DNA of 51,642 nt, counting the filler, from Sphacelaria rigidula (lineage: Eukaryota): assembly GCA_964200075.2 (NCBI GenBank). It is 2 parts of 2 records of this genome, joined end to end, with 100 filler letters (N's around TTAATTAATTAA, not from the genome) between each part and the next. Parts side by side here need not be neighbours in the genome. Positions count along the whole stretch, not along the records: positions 1 to 25,800 come from CAXNAA020000155.1; 1 more part is not named here. One strand, 5' to 3'. Positions 11,817 to 24,015 of this stretch are shown here, piece after piece. The notes below the pieces were generated by a model, which was given only the letters and a program-made list of their open reading frames with translations, ran no database searches and had not been told where the DNA came from. The position numbers were made by a program, and so were the translations under genes. The first letter of the stretch is position 1. Every line of letters begins with the position of its first letter.

Positions 11817-12859
11817 GTGAGAGAGGCGGCGATGGGTTACACACGCGCACGGCAGGATTGAAAATAAGCATGACTGAAATGGGAATTTGATTGGGCGAGT
11901 ACGAATGGTAGTCGCGCGACGCCAAACACAGTGGTGTCCGTCCCAACGCGCCCTGTCACGTGAAGACGCATGAGTTACGCGTGAAACTCGAACCCGGATA
12001 AAGTCAAGGGCGGGTCCAGAGGTAGGCCAGACGGCTGTCTCACATTTCGTACAAGGGAGGGTATCTGAAAAAAGTTTGTCCCCCCTACCCCACGCGAATA
12101 CAATACGAAGCCTGGTCCGGCGAAAAACCGGCGTGATCCGTGTCGCCTTTGTAGCGACGGACCCCAAAGCGGTTGGCGTCGGTTGGCGATGACGCTGTGA
12201 AACACGTGTCTCACTACGTAAGCTATGGCAAGCAGGTTACCGATGTTTTGTTGCACGCTTGCATTTTTTTATTTTTTGCGATAAACATGGTAGTCCAGCT
12301 ACATCCTGTTGTGCGGCGTGGGAGAACTTCATCTCCGCATTTTCGAGAGGATCGTGCTACGTAGTGTTGGAATGGTGAGACACCCATGAGGCAGTGTGTA
12401 GGCCATGGCTGTCCCTGGAGGTAGTGATACCAGAGAAGGAAGGAACTCATCGCGGGCTGTCATCCATGCAACATAATCAGCAGGCTTTGGGCCGAACAAT
12501 ATTTGCAGGATGCAGTTCACCCTTCGTGCGACTCGCCGAACACACAATGGCGCTTCGCGCTTGTTGATGGAGTGCGAGCCTGGTACGGTGAACACCCAGC
12601 GTGCTCCGTCCCGCCTTTGGAGGGATGTGAGGCCTATGGTCTGATGATGATGGCTTGCATGATAATGAGTACACCCTCCACGCTAATACCTCTGTAACAT
12701 ACAGTGAATAATTGAGAGTTTCAGGTCACATACACAAATGTGCGGTCTTGTTTTGTCACGGGGGCGACGGGGAGGCGGTAAAGTGGTAATAGCAGTGACG
12801 AGAACAGGAACTATCGACCGCCGCGCAATCGTACGTAGATTTGCGTGACGATATGAAGC

Positions 12860-14130
12860 CAATGTACCTGGCGGACAGACATCACTAAGGGCACGTTGAG
12901 CAGGGTATGTACTTTCCAGCCCCGTCGGAAAATACCCAGGTAGTCCCCATACCCGATGATTCGGTGTATTGGGTGCGACCTCAAACGCCCTGGCCAAATG
13001 TTCGGCAGTTCGGCCACGACGCCAAACACTAGGTATCAACATCTTGGGCGGATGGGGTATGACACCCACACCATACCCAAGTACGGGACAATCGAAGTCG
13101 GCAATACACGGCTGTGGACCAGCACTCTGATCCGATCTCAATAAAGTACCATATTCGACGCAATCTGGGAACGACTCTGATTTATATACCCGTACATTGG
13201 GAAGAGAGGTTGCGTCCTCAAATATTGAACCCAAGTGTGGATCAACACCCCCAGCATCACAAGGGAATATAGCGTGAGCTGAGTGTGATCACAATACCCG
13301 TAGAAAAGGTAGGGTACCCCGAATACCTCACCCTGTTACCCTCCCCGAATGTGGGGTACATGGGACTCGAATCCAACACTCGACATAAACACTTGGGGAT
13401 GTCATTTCAGGAATCCCCGGGTGTACAATACGGGGCGGATGTAACTACTAACCCTCGCCATCTATAACTGGGTGACTTCACTTCTCGGTCGAGCTCAAAA
13501 TTTTGGCAGAATGCCCGCACCAATACGCTGAGTTTTTTTACACCGCCGCCTACCATGGGAATCAGGGAGAAGCGGCAGTCTAAAAACGAAATGGCGCGCA
13601 ATCGCGAGAGCCCCGAGGCCGCCACTCCCGGAGCGCTTGACTTCAAGGGCACGTCGAGTGGACCACATACCACTTAAGGCTAGAGGAAGATGCCGTTTTT
13701 ACTCAACCGCAGGTGTGGGCAGACTGCGCACCTCCTCAAGTACCCACCCACAGGTGACTAGTCGGAGTACATCAAGTACTCTACCCGAACACTCGGTGAG
13801 CACTCGCGGCAATACATTGGCACAGATAGTGCTTAGGTATGAAGCCAATACTCAACCCAAATTCGGAGGCTCTGAGTACGATTTTATCATCACCCCACAC
13901 TTTTGGGATGCAGGGGATGACCTAAACCGCCCATGAACCCAAGTTCTAGCAAGAACTCCTGGCAACATCCAGGGTGAGAATATAGCACGGGTGTGATGTC
14001 AATATTTCACCGACAATCTGGGCAGGCTGGATACGATCTCTGTCCCCCTGCCCATATATTGTTGTGGATTGGGCATAACCTCAATCCTCTACCGTAACAA
14101 TAAAGTGGGTCACCTCAGCAATATTGAGGT
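12860..14130 (-). repeat. Old degenerate array of the GAGGTCATAC family (reverse orientation)
   Basis: Recurring variants of gtatgacctcaa (gtgcgacctcaaac, gcgtcctcaaatatt, gatgacctaaac, gcataacctcaatcctctac). Confidence 0.5.
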
Positions 14131-16178
14131 CTTCCTTTCCTAACATCTGTTCCCATTCTTCGTCGACTTCTCTGTCCCACCCTTGTCCACCCTGCACTTT
14201 CGTATCTTCCTTCCACGCAGCCCAAAAACGTGTTCCTGGCATTCTCATTATCTGCCTGCTCTAGACGCTATTTAGCAAGCTTTATTTTCTCATGCCTCGC
14301 ACCTCATCTTAAGCGGGTACATTCCGAAATCTTCGCCCAATGATGTATCACTCACCGTTTTCCAGTATCGAAGCATTTTCCTTGCTGGCGCCACGTGCCT
14401 GTTCTTCAACTTCATCATCAACTTTGCGGTCCCCTCCCATACCTCTCCCGCACTTTCCACGTTGGATACAAGCACGTCGATCACGAAAATTGTTGTGTCC
14501 CTAGCATATACTTAAGACTCTCCGAGGATCACGTCCATCCTGGCAACCTGTTCCTCACCCTTTGCAATGGTTTTTTTCACGTGTGCATCCGAACAACATG
14601 CACTAGAGGTGTGTTGCAGTTCCATCTCTCCCCACTTCGATCGACTTCCTCCGGGGTTTCGCCACACATTTGTTAACGTTCGCCGCCCCTTCCCATCTCC
14701 TTGTGCATTCTACCGTTTTCTCTACATGCTTTTGTATTCGATGTGGTGCACCAGACATCCCCGCGAAGTAATCCTCGTAGCCTAATGGTCCGACCATCGC
14801 CATGACGGTGGGCAGAAGGAGGGTTCGTAGAGTTTTTTTTTTCATAGCCTCTGATTTCCACCGTCGAGAGGATGAGAACGTGAATGAACACAGTACGAGC
14901 AGGTTCAGCCGACAATCCCAGGTGATGGGCAACAGTTTATCCACCCTAGTAAATCGAAGAGTTAGGCGCTGAAATTTTGCCGACATTTGTTTGGTCAGTC
15001 CCCCCAAGATTGTTTGAGGTGCAGATGAAAGAAAAAAAAAGACAGAGCGATCAAAAGTTGCGGCAAAATCAGGAAAATTCCATCACTTACCGATAAAATG
15101 ATAAATACGGCTGCACCCCAAACGACTTTGAAGGCACCAACGGCCAAAACATCGTGGTAAAATATCAGCTAAAAAGTCGTCAAATTGGGCGGTGAATCGC
15201 ACTTCTTGTGTGACAGAGCTGCGCTCAACAGTTCATAGTTACAACAAGTCATTACCCTGCGGGTCTGCGAAACGAAACGTATCCAGACACGCTACCACGC
15301 GACCCTTTCGGGAGTACAGTAGCGCGTCTCATCGTCAAAACCGCGCCAATCGAGTAGCGGCAGTGTGGTATCTTTACCATGTTCGTGTGCAGTTCGCAGC
15401 TATATGCTGAGGCCGCGGTGACTTGAGGAACTGGAGAAGTGTTGGTGCGCAACCCTCATCAGCGGTTTACTGCTGGACCAGCTCGTAGTACTCGGAGTTA
15501 GTTTGACATGAGTTGACGCGGTGCGGGAATGACGACCCGATCCGCGAGACGCAAAATGAAGGCGTGTACAGAGGAGAGGTGGGTCGATCTTCGGAGACGA
15601 GGGATTCGTTCCGAGAAAGGGGAGCAGAAAAAATGCGTCAAGTCCATCAGTACAGGGTGAAAATTATGCTAAATACTCGTCGGGGGTCAGGTGGCTTCCA
15701 GTCCTTCGAGTTTTGATTTCGCGCGAGATAGGAGAACCTCATCTCAGCGCCAAGTGAATGATCCTACTTTGCGCTGACGCCGTATGCAAGGCATGACTGT
15801 CTCTGCGGTTGGCGATACTCCACGATGAATCCAACCCTTCCGGGCTATCAACCAAAAACAATGTAATCAGATTAATCCGGATAGAGTAATCTTATCAGGG
15901 CGCACGTCACCGTTAATGCAACTAACCGAAGAGGTGAAGACGCCCCGCGCTTGGTGATCGACTGCCAGGCAGGCCAGTCAGAAATCCGATGTGCTCAGTA
16001 CCGACTTTGAACGGACGCGAGGTCAATGGGTACGTGACCATGGAACACAAGATACTGGGTACACCCCTCCCCGCGCGCGCCCTCCCACGCTCACACACAT
16101 CTCTTCCCGAGCCAACCCTAAACGGAAGTATTCCGAATCCTCGCGCGGTCAATCCTCCCCGCTAAATGTGCACTCCAG

Positions 16179-16361
16179 GAAAATTACATGAAGGCCAACC
16201 GGCTGTCGAACCTCGGTCATGGAGGGTTCCTAACACCACTGGACGTGCTTACGCGGTTGAGGAAGCTGGTACAATGTTCATCTATGCTCACGTACACGAT
16301 CCGTTCTCCGGAGTGGGGAGAGAAGGAGTTTCAAGGCCTGCACGACAGAGTAAAGGACTAC
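16179..16361 (+). CDS. Transposase exon 6
   Basis: ctccAG|ENYMKANRLSNL...LRKLVQCSSMLTYTIRSPEWGEKEFQGLHDRVKDY|GTGAGT. 61 codons, phase 0/0. Confidence 0.7.
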
Positions 16362-17416
16362 GTGAGTTCATCGATTGACTGTCCTCGTGGACGCGCGGGG
16401 TTATCGGTGGGGTGGCATGGATCCGGGATTGTTGAGACGGGTGTCCATGTCAACCGCGAAAAGAGAAGGAATCACCAGACTATCCCTGACAAAAATTCAG
16501 GAATCAGGCCGGAAAGACCGCCGCATAACCCCACACACGTGCCCGACACAGCGCCCCATCTCGAAGGGCGAGACACGGCGGTCACGGGAACGCGTGCGCG
16601 TGGCACGGCCGCCGAGGTAAGAAAGAGAAATAACAAACAACCGGCGTTCATAGCCGAGAAACTCTCAGATAACCGCGAGGCGTCCATGTTTGACGTAGGT
16701 CGAGTGGGATCCGAATGGCTTATATAACGAAACCTGACCCAAATAGGAAGGATGAAGGTGAAGGCAAATTACACGGATTGCAGCCGCAAGTACGAACAGG
16801 GGAACACAGATAGATGAGGGCGCGACGAACGATACGACGACAGCACCCCCAGGAAGAAGCGGGGAATAGATAAATGAAGCTCAAAGTGGGCGCCGAGAAA
16901 GAATCTCAGCGAGGATTGGACAAGGAGGAGCGGGCGCGAGTTTCTCAGCGTGGGACACTAATGTCTCGCAGCCCCCCATGGCCCGCCTACGGGTTACCAC
17001 GGCTCCATGTAGAATTCGCGGCAAACTCACTCATTACAGTAGGCCTTCTGCCACTGCTGATGCTGCCGCGCTTATGCATGCCAGACCGCGAAACGTACCG
17101 TAGATCAAAGAGCATTGCGGACGCATTCCTGTTGTCCATGCTTCTTTCACACAGTCACTCCGGCCGGTACCGATGGAGCAGGTGGCCATTCGGCGCATCG
17201 AGCCACCGTAGCATTCAACCATGGGCGTTAGACGCATGCGGCACGACACGTGGCCATGGCAGCCGCCGGCGACAGACCTCGCCAAGCCCGCAAAGACGAT
17301 ATATGCCTTCCATACACACACGAACAGGCGCACATGGTGATAAGCACAGCGATAACACTGAATGCACATGACACCTACACCATATGCCCCGCTACATTAA
17401 TCACCATACCACGCAG

Positions 17417-17507
17417 ATGCTGGTGGCCGTTGAAGTAATCCGTTCGGAGGGGGTGCGCCCTTCCCTGCATTCCCTGCTTCATCTCGCTCGAGCGGTCCGG
17501 GACGTGG
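17417..17507 (+). CDS. Transposase exon 7 (HxxxH motif)
   Basis: cgcAG|MLVAVEVIRSEGVRPSLHSLLHLARAVRDV-G|GTGAGT. The phase-1 donor matches the phase-1 acceptor at 22335. Confidence 0.75.
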
Positions 17508-19289
17508 GTGAGTGATCATAACTAGCTGCCGTGTTCACTACCTTCGGGCGAGGTGTTGGTATGCGATGAAGGCGCAGCTTACACAAGGTGGGAGCACCCG
17601 AAGTGAGGGTCTCCCGCCCATTTCAAGGCGCAGATGTCCACACGCCGAACGATTCATTCTTCGTCGAGACGAGTGCACTTGGTTATGTTTTTGGAAACGC
17701 TACAAGCATGTCTTTACAGCTCTCGGCGTATTGATTCTTTCACACCACGAACGATGACTCGACTAACCGCCCAGATATTTCTATCACTGGGAGCGATGCT
17801 TGAAGAACTTGATGCACGGAATTTGTCCACCACGAGCGCGGACTCGAATAATCACCCTACTATTTTGTATCGCTATGCGTTGTGACTCCGATACTCCACC
17901 TATTGATTTTGTGCACCACGAGGGATGGGTCGAGTAGTGGCCACATGAACTTTTTACACCACAATCCATGCCTTCAGTACAAGACGAACTACTTGTCGTA
18001 ACGACGAGTAACGACTCCAATGTCCTAGACCTCCAACGAAGGCCCTACAGCAGGAGAACGAGGGCGAATCTCACGGGCTGTATCCGCGTTCGCCCAAGAT
18101 ATAACAGACTTCCACCACTCGTTGCGGATATAAAACTTCCGACCATCTTTTGTGCCGTGCCTAGACATCGGCCGTGCTGCACGGTGTCATGTCCCGCAAG
18201 AACCCAAGTTGCAAGTCCGCAAACGGTACATAGTACAAATTACCTCTTTTAGGACTGAACGCCACTAACACAGGGTTCACCATGTGTTAGCGCAAGAAAT
18301 ATAAAACTGTCCGGGAGCGACCTACCCAATCACGGCGCTTCAAAATACCGGCCGGGGCTGAAGCGGGAAGTTATGCCACTGCGGAGTATCTGCGTGTATC
18401 CTGTTCCCAGTCCCCGAACGAACGCTCCAAGCAAAAGAAATCCCGCATGGGGCGGGCTAGTTTGTCATTTTTTTGTGGTAGCTACTTGGTCGACAGGGAT
18501 GAACAAGTTGTGAATTGGCAGCTGATCTCCGTCGCGGAGAACTGACCACAACGTGTGAGTCTGCAGAGGCAGCTGCTGCTTTGGGGGTCGTTGCTGTACT
18601 GTATGCGCCGTAACCCCATGCCCTACGAAGAATATTTGTCGCATGTAACAAACAGGGAGATCGTGGCCCACCCCTACCACAGATGAATTTGTGGGGCAAG
18701 GTGATGACAGCAATATCATCCAAAGCCACACCCCATTGAACGCTGACTACGGTGGACGGCGGTGCTGCTTGTTCACAACCGGCACAATACCTCATGTACA
18801 TTCCACCACCCAAAATATAGAACAGTTTGTACTTTCACCTTAACCCAGTTTGAATGAAACATTTGGTTTTCAGTAAAATGATGCCACGGTGTCGTGCAGC
18901 TTGCGTGTAGACGCAAATGTCATGCCCACAACCGTCACTGATCGTTCTGGGCGTCCTGGAGGGCTCTCAGACGTTCAGTCCGCAAAGGGTTCATAATTTT
19001 TCATGTCGATAGAGAGGGACAATTTGTGACTGTCGGGGTATCGCCACTGGTCGCAGTTTGAGTGGTCCCAAAATCAGGGAAATCGAGATACACGAGCATC
19101 CGACACTATTTCTGAAGATGTATGCGGCCATAGACCATGTTCAGGTCATGAAAACATCAATTGCTCGCCTTCATCCTCACGTCTCGACTTGAGTCCCTAA
19201 CCAGGAGCCACGACTCGTGTAGCAGAGATATTTCCCAACACGAGCACTCGTCGAGAGCACGACCTCTCTATTTACTTGACAACAAGGGG

Positions 19290-19560
19290 TGACTACAGTG
19301 CTCGCCCCTTCCATTTCTTGCCGCCACGAGCAATGACACCTGTACTCGCCCTATGTTTCATTTTTGTCACCACGACCATTGAATGGAATAGGTGGCCCAC
19401 TGATGTTTCCACCACGAGCGATGACCGATCACCCGCCCTACCAATTTTTGCCACTACGACCAATGGCTTGAGTATTCGCCCTATCTTTTACGCAACCGTC
19501 GATGACTGCACCAATCGCCCTATTATTTGTCCCACCGTGAGCGATGACTGGAGCTCTCGG
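19290..19560. repeat. Degenerate tandem repeat of about 40 bp (CTCGCCCTA..TTTTG.CACCACGA.CGATGAC)
   Basis: About six diverged units visible. Related sequence at about 17880-18060. Confidence 0.55.
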
Positions 19561-19973
19561 CGTGCTAATAGTCTTTCATCAAGAGGAATTACTCCAGTAC
19601 TCGAAAAATTGGTTTATGCCACAAGAAGTAATGACTCGAATGATCTCCGACCTCCAAGCACGCCCACAGGCGGCCGAACGACTGCGAGTGCGACGAGTCA
19701 TGCTCGTGCTCGTCCGACATCCGCAAATGTCTCACCTGCTCCGCATGGCACCCGTGCATGGTAAACGCGGCCGAAGACTGAAGCCATTAAGGTGTTCTCC
19801 CTGGGTCCTCCTACCGCAGAGGCACAACGCGCTCTGAAAGCGCGAAGGTAGGGATAACATACCCCTCACACAGGTCTGGCATCCATTGCCGACGATGCCA
19901 AAGAATACACCACCCACCGCGTGAGATAGGGAGCAGGTTACCGTTTTTTCGGATAATACATATTTGATTGCCG

Positions 19974-20229
19974 AAGGAATTCCACAGTGCGGGTGCACAT
20001 TTCGCGCGTGATCTACTGTGCTCGATGGGTCCCTGACGATTCTGGATGCACAAGGGTATGGGCCGGGGCATCCATGTTGGCAACTTCGGTCAGGATACCC
20101 CCAGCACATTGGAATAGTAATCCTGGCGTACTCGTCGATATTTCGTAAGCCGTGTTTTGCAACGGATGGAGGGCTCCTGACTATCCTAACGTCTGAAAAC
20201 AATTGTGCACCCCTACCGTAACATCACGC
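19974..20229 (-). mobile_element. MITE family D, copy 2 (diverged)
   Basis: Ends gtgcacccctaccgtaacatcacgc. Flanks gccg/gcca. Internal sequence aligns with the other copies. Confidence 0.75.
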
Positions 20230-20395
20230 GCCAGTGGGAGGAACCACATGGTTTGAAGGACCTACTTTGGTCCTCTTCTGCGGCGCAATGGGATGCGCTC
20301 ATCGCCAACCCATGTCTGCATGATCTGTATTATTCCATGGCAAAATTGCATTTGATGGCCTCGACCACACACGACCGTACCCGTGCGAGTTCTTC

Positions 20396-20950
20396 AAGGG
20401 CGGGTTGAGTAGAGTATACTCAGTACTAACTAGTTTTGGGGAGTCATGCTTGAAGTACTCAAAATTCGAGTATTGGAGGTCATACTTTTGGTACTCAAAA
20501 TTTGAGTAGAATACTTGAAGTCATGCTGTCAATACTCCAAATTTGTGTAGAGTAATGAGGTCATATCCAAGTGATACTCAATACTGGAGTATTTCTGAGA
20601 GTACTTACCCAATACTGGAGTAGAGTACATGAGGTCACACAGTTTTCGGGGTCATAATTTTAATACTCATATTTGACCAGAGTACTGGAGGTCATACCCT
20701 GATGATACTCTATACTCGAGTATTTCCGGAAGTACTTACCCCATCCTTGAGTAGTCTGTTCGAGGTCATCTTTTGACTTCTTGAAATTTCTTGAAATTTG
20801 AGTAGAGTATATGAGGTCATACTTTCGAGTACTCAAAATCTTGGCAGGGTATTTGAGGTCAAACTTGCAATACTGAAACGCCGGGTAGAGTAGATAGTCG
20901 GGTATTTTACCCGAGTATTCAAAAGTTCATTCTCCACTCAACCAGCCCTG
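20396..20950 (+). mobile_element. TIR element filled with about 38-bp GAGTAGAGTATTTGAGGTCATAC repeats
   Basis: Left TIR aagggcgggttgagtagag, right ctccactcaaccagccctg. More than ten internal diverged units. Confidence 0.7.
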
Positions 20951-21339
20951 GCACTGTTCCCACCATCGGATCTCCCATGGAGGAGTCAGATGTGCCGCCC
21001 AAAGCGTCGCTCATTTCGACAAAACGTACTCGACTACCCGTCTACTCGAGACCCCGACGGTGATGAGTACCGCCTAGTACTGAAGCTGATATCGCAAAGA
21101 TAACGAGGTATGAAGTGTGCGAGAAACTGACATGGGTGGGGAAAGGTGAGCTGCGACGCGTAGGCTCATGTGCGTGCACACTTTTTGTCTTTTATGGCCA
21201 CCCGACTGTTCGCTCATACTCATTGTAGCCTGTCACGTAGCGTCACTCATCTAATTGATGGCCATCGTTGACCGATGTATTCAACATAGTCTGTGAAGTG
21301 AGGTGACGTAGTCGCCCGCGGTCACCGTTACTCATCATA

Positions 21340-22046
21340 CTCCAGGTATACTCTATGCCTGAGTGTTTTCGAGAATGCTTACCCAATATTTGAGCAGAGT
21401 ACTTGAGGTCATACTCTTGGTACTGAAAAATTGAGTAGAGGATTTGATGTCACCCTTTTAATACTAAAAAATTGAGTAGAGTATTGAGGTCATACCCAAG
21501 TGATATTTTATGCCGAGTGTTATCGAGAGTGTTTACCCAATATTCGAGCAGAGTACTTGAGGTCATACTTCTGGCACTGGACATTCGAGCACAATGTTTG
21601 AGGTCACCGTCTTGATACAAAATATTCGAGTACAGTATTGAGGTCATACCCAATTGATACTCAATACTGGAGTATTTCTGAGAGTACTCACCCAATACTC
21701 GGGTAGAGTATTTGAGATCATACTTTTAATACCCAAAACTAGAGTACAGTTTCTGAGGTCACCCTTTCAATACTAAAAATTCGAGTAGAGTATTGAGGCC
21801 ATACCCAAGTGATAATCTATACTGTAGTATTTCGCAGAGTACTTACCCAATACTTAGGTAGACTATTCAAGGTCATACCTTTGAAACTCTATTTCTGAGT
21901 AAAGTATTTGAGGTCTTACTTTACGTACTGAGAAATCGGGTAGAGTATTTGAGATCATACTTGCGATACTCAAGCGCTGAATAGAGTAAATAGCCGGATA
22001 TTTTACCCGAGTATCCAAAAGGACATACTACACTCAACTCGCCCTT
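21340..22046 (+). mobile_element. Second, 5'-truncated GAGGTCATAC repeat element
   Basis: Same units and same right end (tattttacccgagtat...actcaactcgccctt). No left TIR found. Confidence 0.7.
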
Positions 22047-22111
22047 CTTTATCGACGTGGTCACCAATGTCTGCGGTGTTCCATGACCCACGGCAGTCGG
22101 CGGGCGGGAAC

Positions 22112-22113
<2 letters not shown>

Positions 22114-22181
<68 letters not shown>

Positions 22182-22239
22182 CCCCGCAGCGCGCNNNNNN
22201 NNNNGGGGGGCGCCACCCCCCCCCCCCCCCCCCCCCCCC
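22114..22239. other. Assembly gap with poly-C flanks (probable artefact)
   Basis: Ns at 22195-22204 flanked by long homopolymer C runs. Confidence 0.8.
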
Positions 22240-22335
22240 TGTTCGACAGAGTAAGTGAAGTATATACTGGCGGCATCCAACATCGTCACCCCGGCATAAC
22301 ACAGATATTATTGTTGCACCCGCCCGCACCGACAG

Positions 22336-23522
22336 GCGTCATGCCCGACGCTTCAGTGGGCGAACACGCTCATCAGATCCACAAGCGATCAAACAAATCC
22401 AGCAGCGGGCGCACCCCTGCCGCACACCATATCCAGAGATTGAACACACGACTGGCGCTGAAGGCAATGGCTGATGGTACGTCGTGGCTTGCCGTAGGCC
22501 GTGAGTGAGCGGCCGGGGGCTCCAGGACGTACAGCGTCAACACGGGGCCAGGGTGCAGCCGGCTGCTGTCTCACCTTCGCAAGACACTGCGCGGGGGGTT
22601 GGGATGTCCCGTCGACACCGAACGCAACTCTTCGGCGTCGTTGTCCACGGGTGCATCAAGCACATGGGAAATGCGCCTGTGGCCGGAAAGCGGGGGGGGG
22701 GTGAAGAGGAAAACGACGGCGCACAAGGGGGGCGACATCTGAACTGGCAGGCAGCCATCCAGAAATCGTACACGCGCCCTGATGCAGCAACGCTGATTAA
22801 GGGTTACCACACATGGTTCGGGTGCGGGAGAGAGGGCAGAGAGCCGCCATGCGACCAGGCAGCGTGTCCCGACTGTTGGGACCAAAGTAGTGGCGACGCC
22901 GGCGGCTTAGCCAACATCCGGTTGGAAGGGTGGAGATATCGGGGGAACGCGCCGCGCGTTGAGAGTTCGGGGACGGGAAGGTGGCGAGGCGGGAACGTAT
23001 AGACCGCAGGGAAAGCAGGAGCTGAGCATGGGTGGGCCTTTGGTGAAGGCAGATGGGGAAGACGTCGAGATATATGTTACCCCCCGCGCCGCCGCAAACC
23101 GCTCGGTCGGCGTAGGAAACATCACGATGGCTAGTATTCTGTATTTCTTCGGCCATGTGGCTAACAGTAGGCCAGATGGTGGAAGTCCTCCCGCGACACA
23201 GTGGATGGCCGTATACGAGTACGTGAGTATTGCGCCCGGGAACGGGACGAGTTTCCACTGCGACTCCGCGACTCAGCATCCCATATACCTCCTTCGTGCG
23301 GAAGGGGGTAGGCCTCAGATTTTTTCCGTCGGCGCCATACGCAAGCATGTATCTTTGGTGCATGCATGCCCGATACGCGGAGAATGCAAGCCGAAGAGGT
23401 CGGCGCAAGGGCCTGTCCTGCGACATCACTACAAGCTTGCCCGTGCGCAGAATAGGACTCCGGACCTTTACCTATTAAATGGACATCCCCACAGCGTGTG
23501 CCGCACAGACACGTTCCTTTAA
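22336..23522 (+). pseudogene. Transposase exon 8 (catalytic Glu and C-terminus)
   Basis: acAG|(G)VMPDASVGEHAHQIHKRSN...LALKAMADGTSW...NTGPGC..., ending IFSVGAIRKHVSLVHACPIRGEC...HHYKL...YLLNGH...FL* (TAA ends 23522). One stop and two frameshifts. Confidence 0.75.
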
Positions 23523-24015
23523 CTGCAAACGGCAGCACTTAGTGCCCCCAAGCCCAGCCTGCAAAATAATGCTTTTAAGGAACGGCGCTTGGGAGCGATA
23601 GTTCGTTCGGTTCGGGGCAGGTGTATAGTACTGCTGTGCTCACCGGGGCGAGTAGCACCGACCACCATTTCGTGACACTAAGTTGACGTTTAGTTCGCAG
23701 TGATATTCGTCAACGCCCAGTGCGGTTGGGGGGCGGCCGTGGAGATTGAGGATGGGGTAGGTCGGGTGACGAGGAGTGGGAGGCGCCGACATTGGGATTC
23801 GCGTGTGTTGTTGACGCAATGCTGTCGAGTGTGGGTGCAACGGAGGGCGGGGAAGAGGGAGTGGCGGGGGCAAGGGGAGCGGCGGCGTGAGATGCATAGC
23901 GATATGTGAATGAGGCGTGTGTGGTCAGGTGTGCGTCTCACGAGTGTTTCTGTTTCGCGTAGGGTCTGGTATGCTTACCATAGCATGAAGTGTTGTGAGG
24001 ATTCTATCTTCCTAC

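Larger units (their letters stand above)
1183..23522 (+). pseudogene. Intron-rich DDE transposase pseudogene, CMC (CACTA/Mirage)/Plavaka-like; 8 exons, about 4.1 kb coding
   Basis: Exons 1183-1509, 7363-8854, 9689-9901, 11053-11430, 11586-11816, 16179-16361, 17417-17507 and 22336-23522 join with matching phases (0,0,0,0,0,0,1). Motifs appear in the expected order: N-terminal Zn finger FSCRGCHEGFSSKVELRSH; YYPF; HIDAFN (D 8825); IIADSPQR (D 11089); CPYC; PPEALHAD; RPSLHSLLHLARAVRDVG; DASVGEHAHQ (E 22362); C-terminal HAC..C..HH..YLLN. Stops at 7414, 7576, 7891 and 22506; frameshifts near 8490, 22700 and 22950. Confidence 0.8.

Noticed and set aside
15050-15194. Right terminus of the large transposon (ends GTG; weak similarity to the window start)
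   Set aside because: Three further in-phase transposase exons lie downstream, so it cannot be that element's end.
17328-17416. Alternative exon reading TLNAHD..HH as the HxxxH motif
   Set aside because: It needs a frameshift. The exon from 17417 supplies a clean PSLHSLLH motif with correct phases.
20396-22046. CRISPR-like array
   Set aside because: Units are diverged tandem repeats without unique spacers, there are no cas genes, and the context is eukaryotic.
22083-22250. Poly-proline/poly-glycine ORFs
   Set aside because: They derive from poly-C runs flanking an N gap, most likely a sequencing or assembly artefact, and lie within transposase intron 7.
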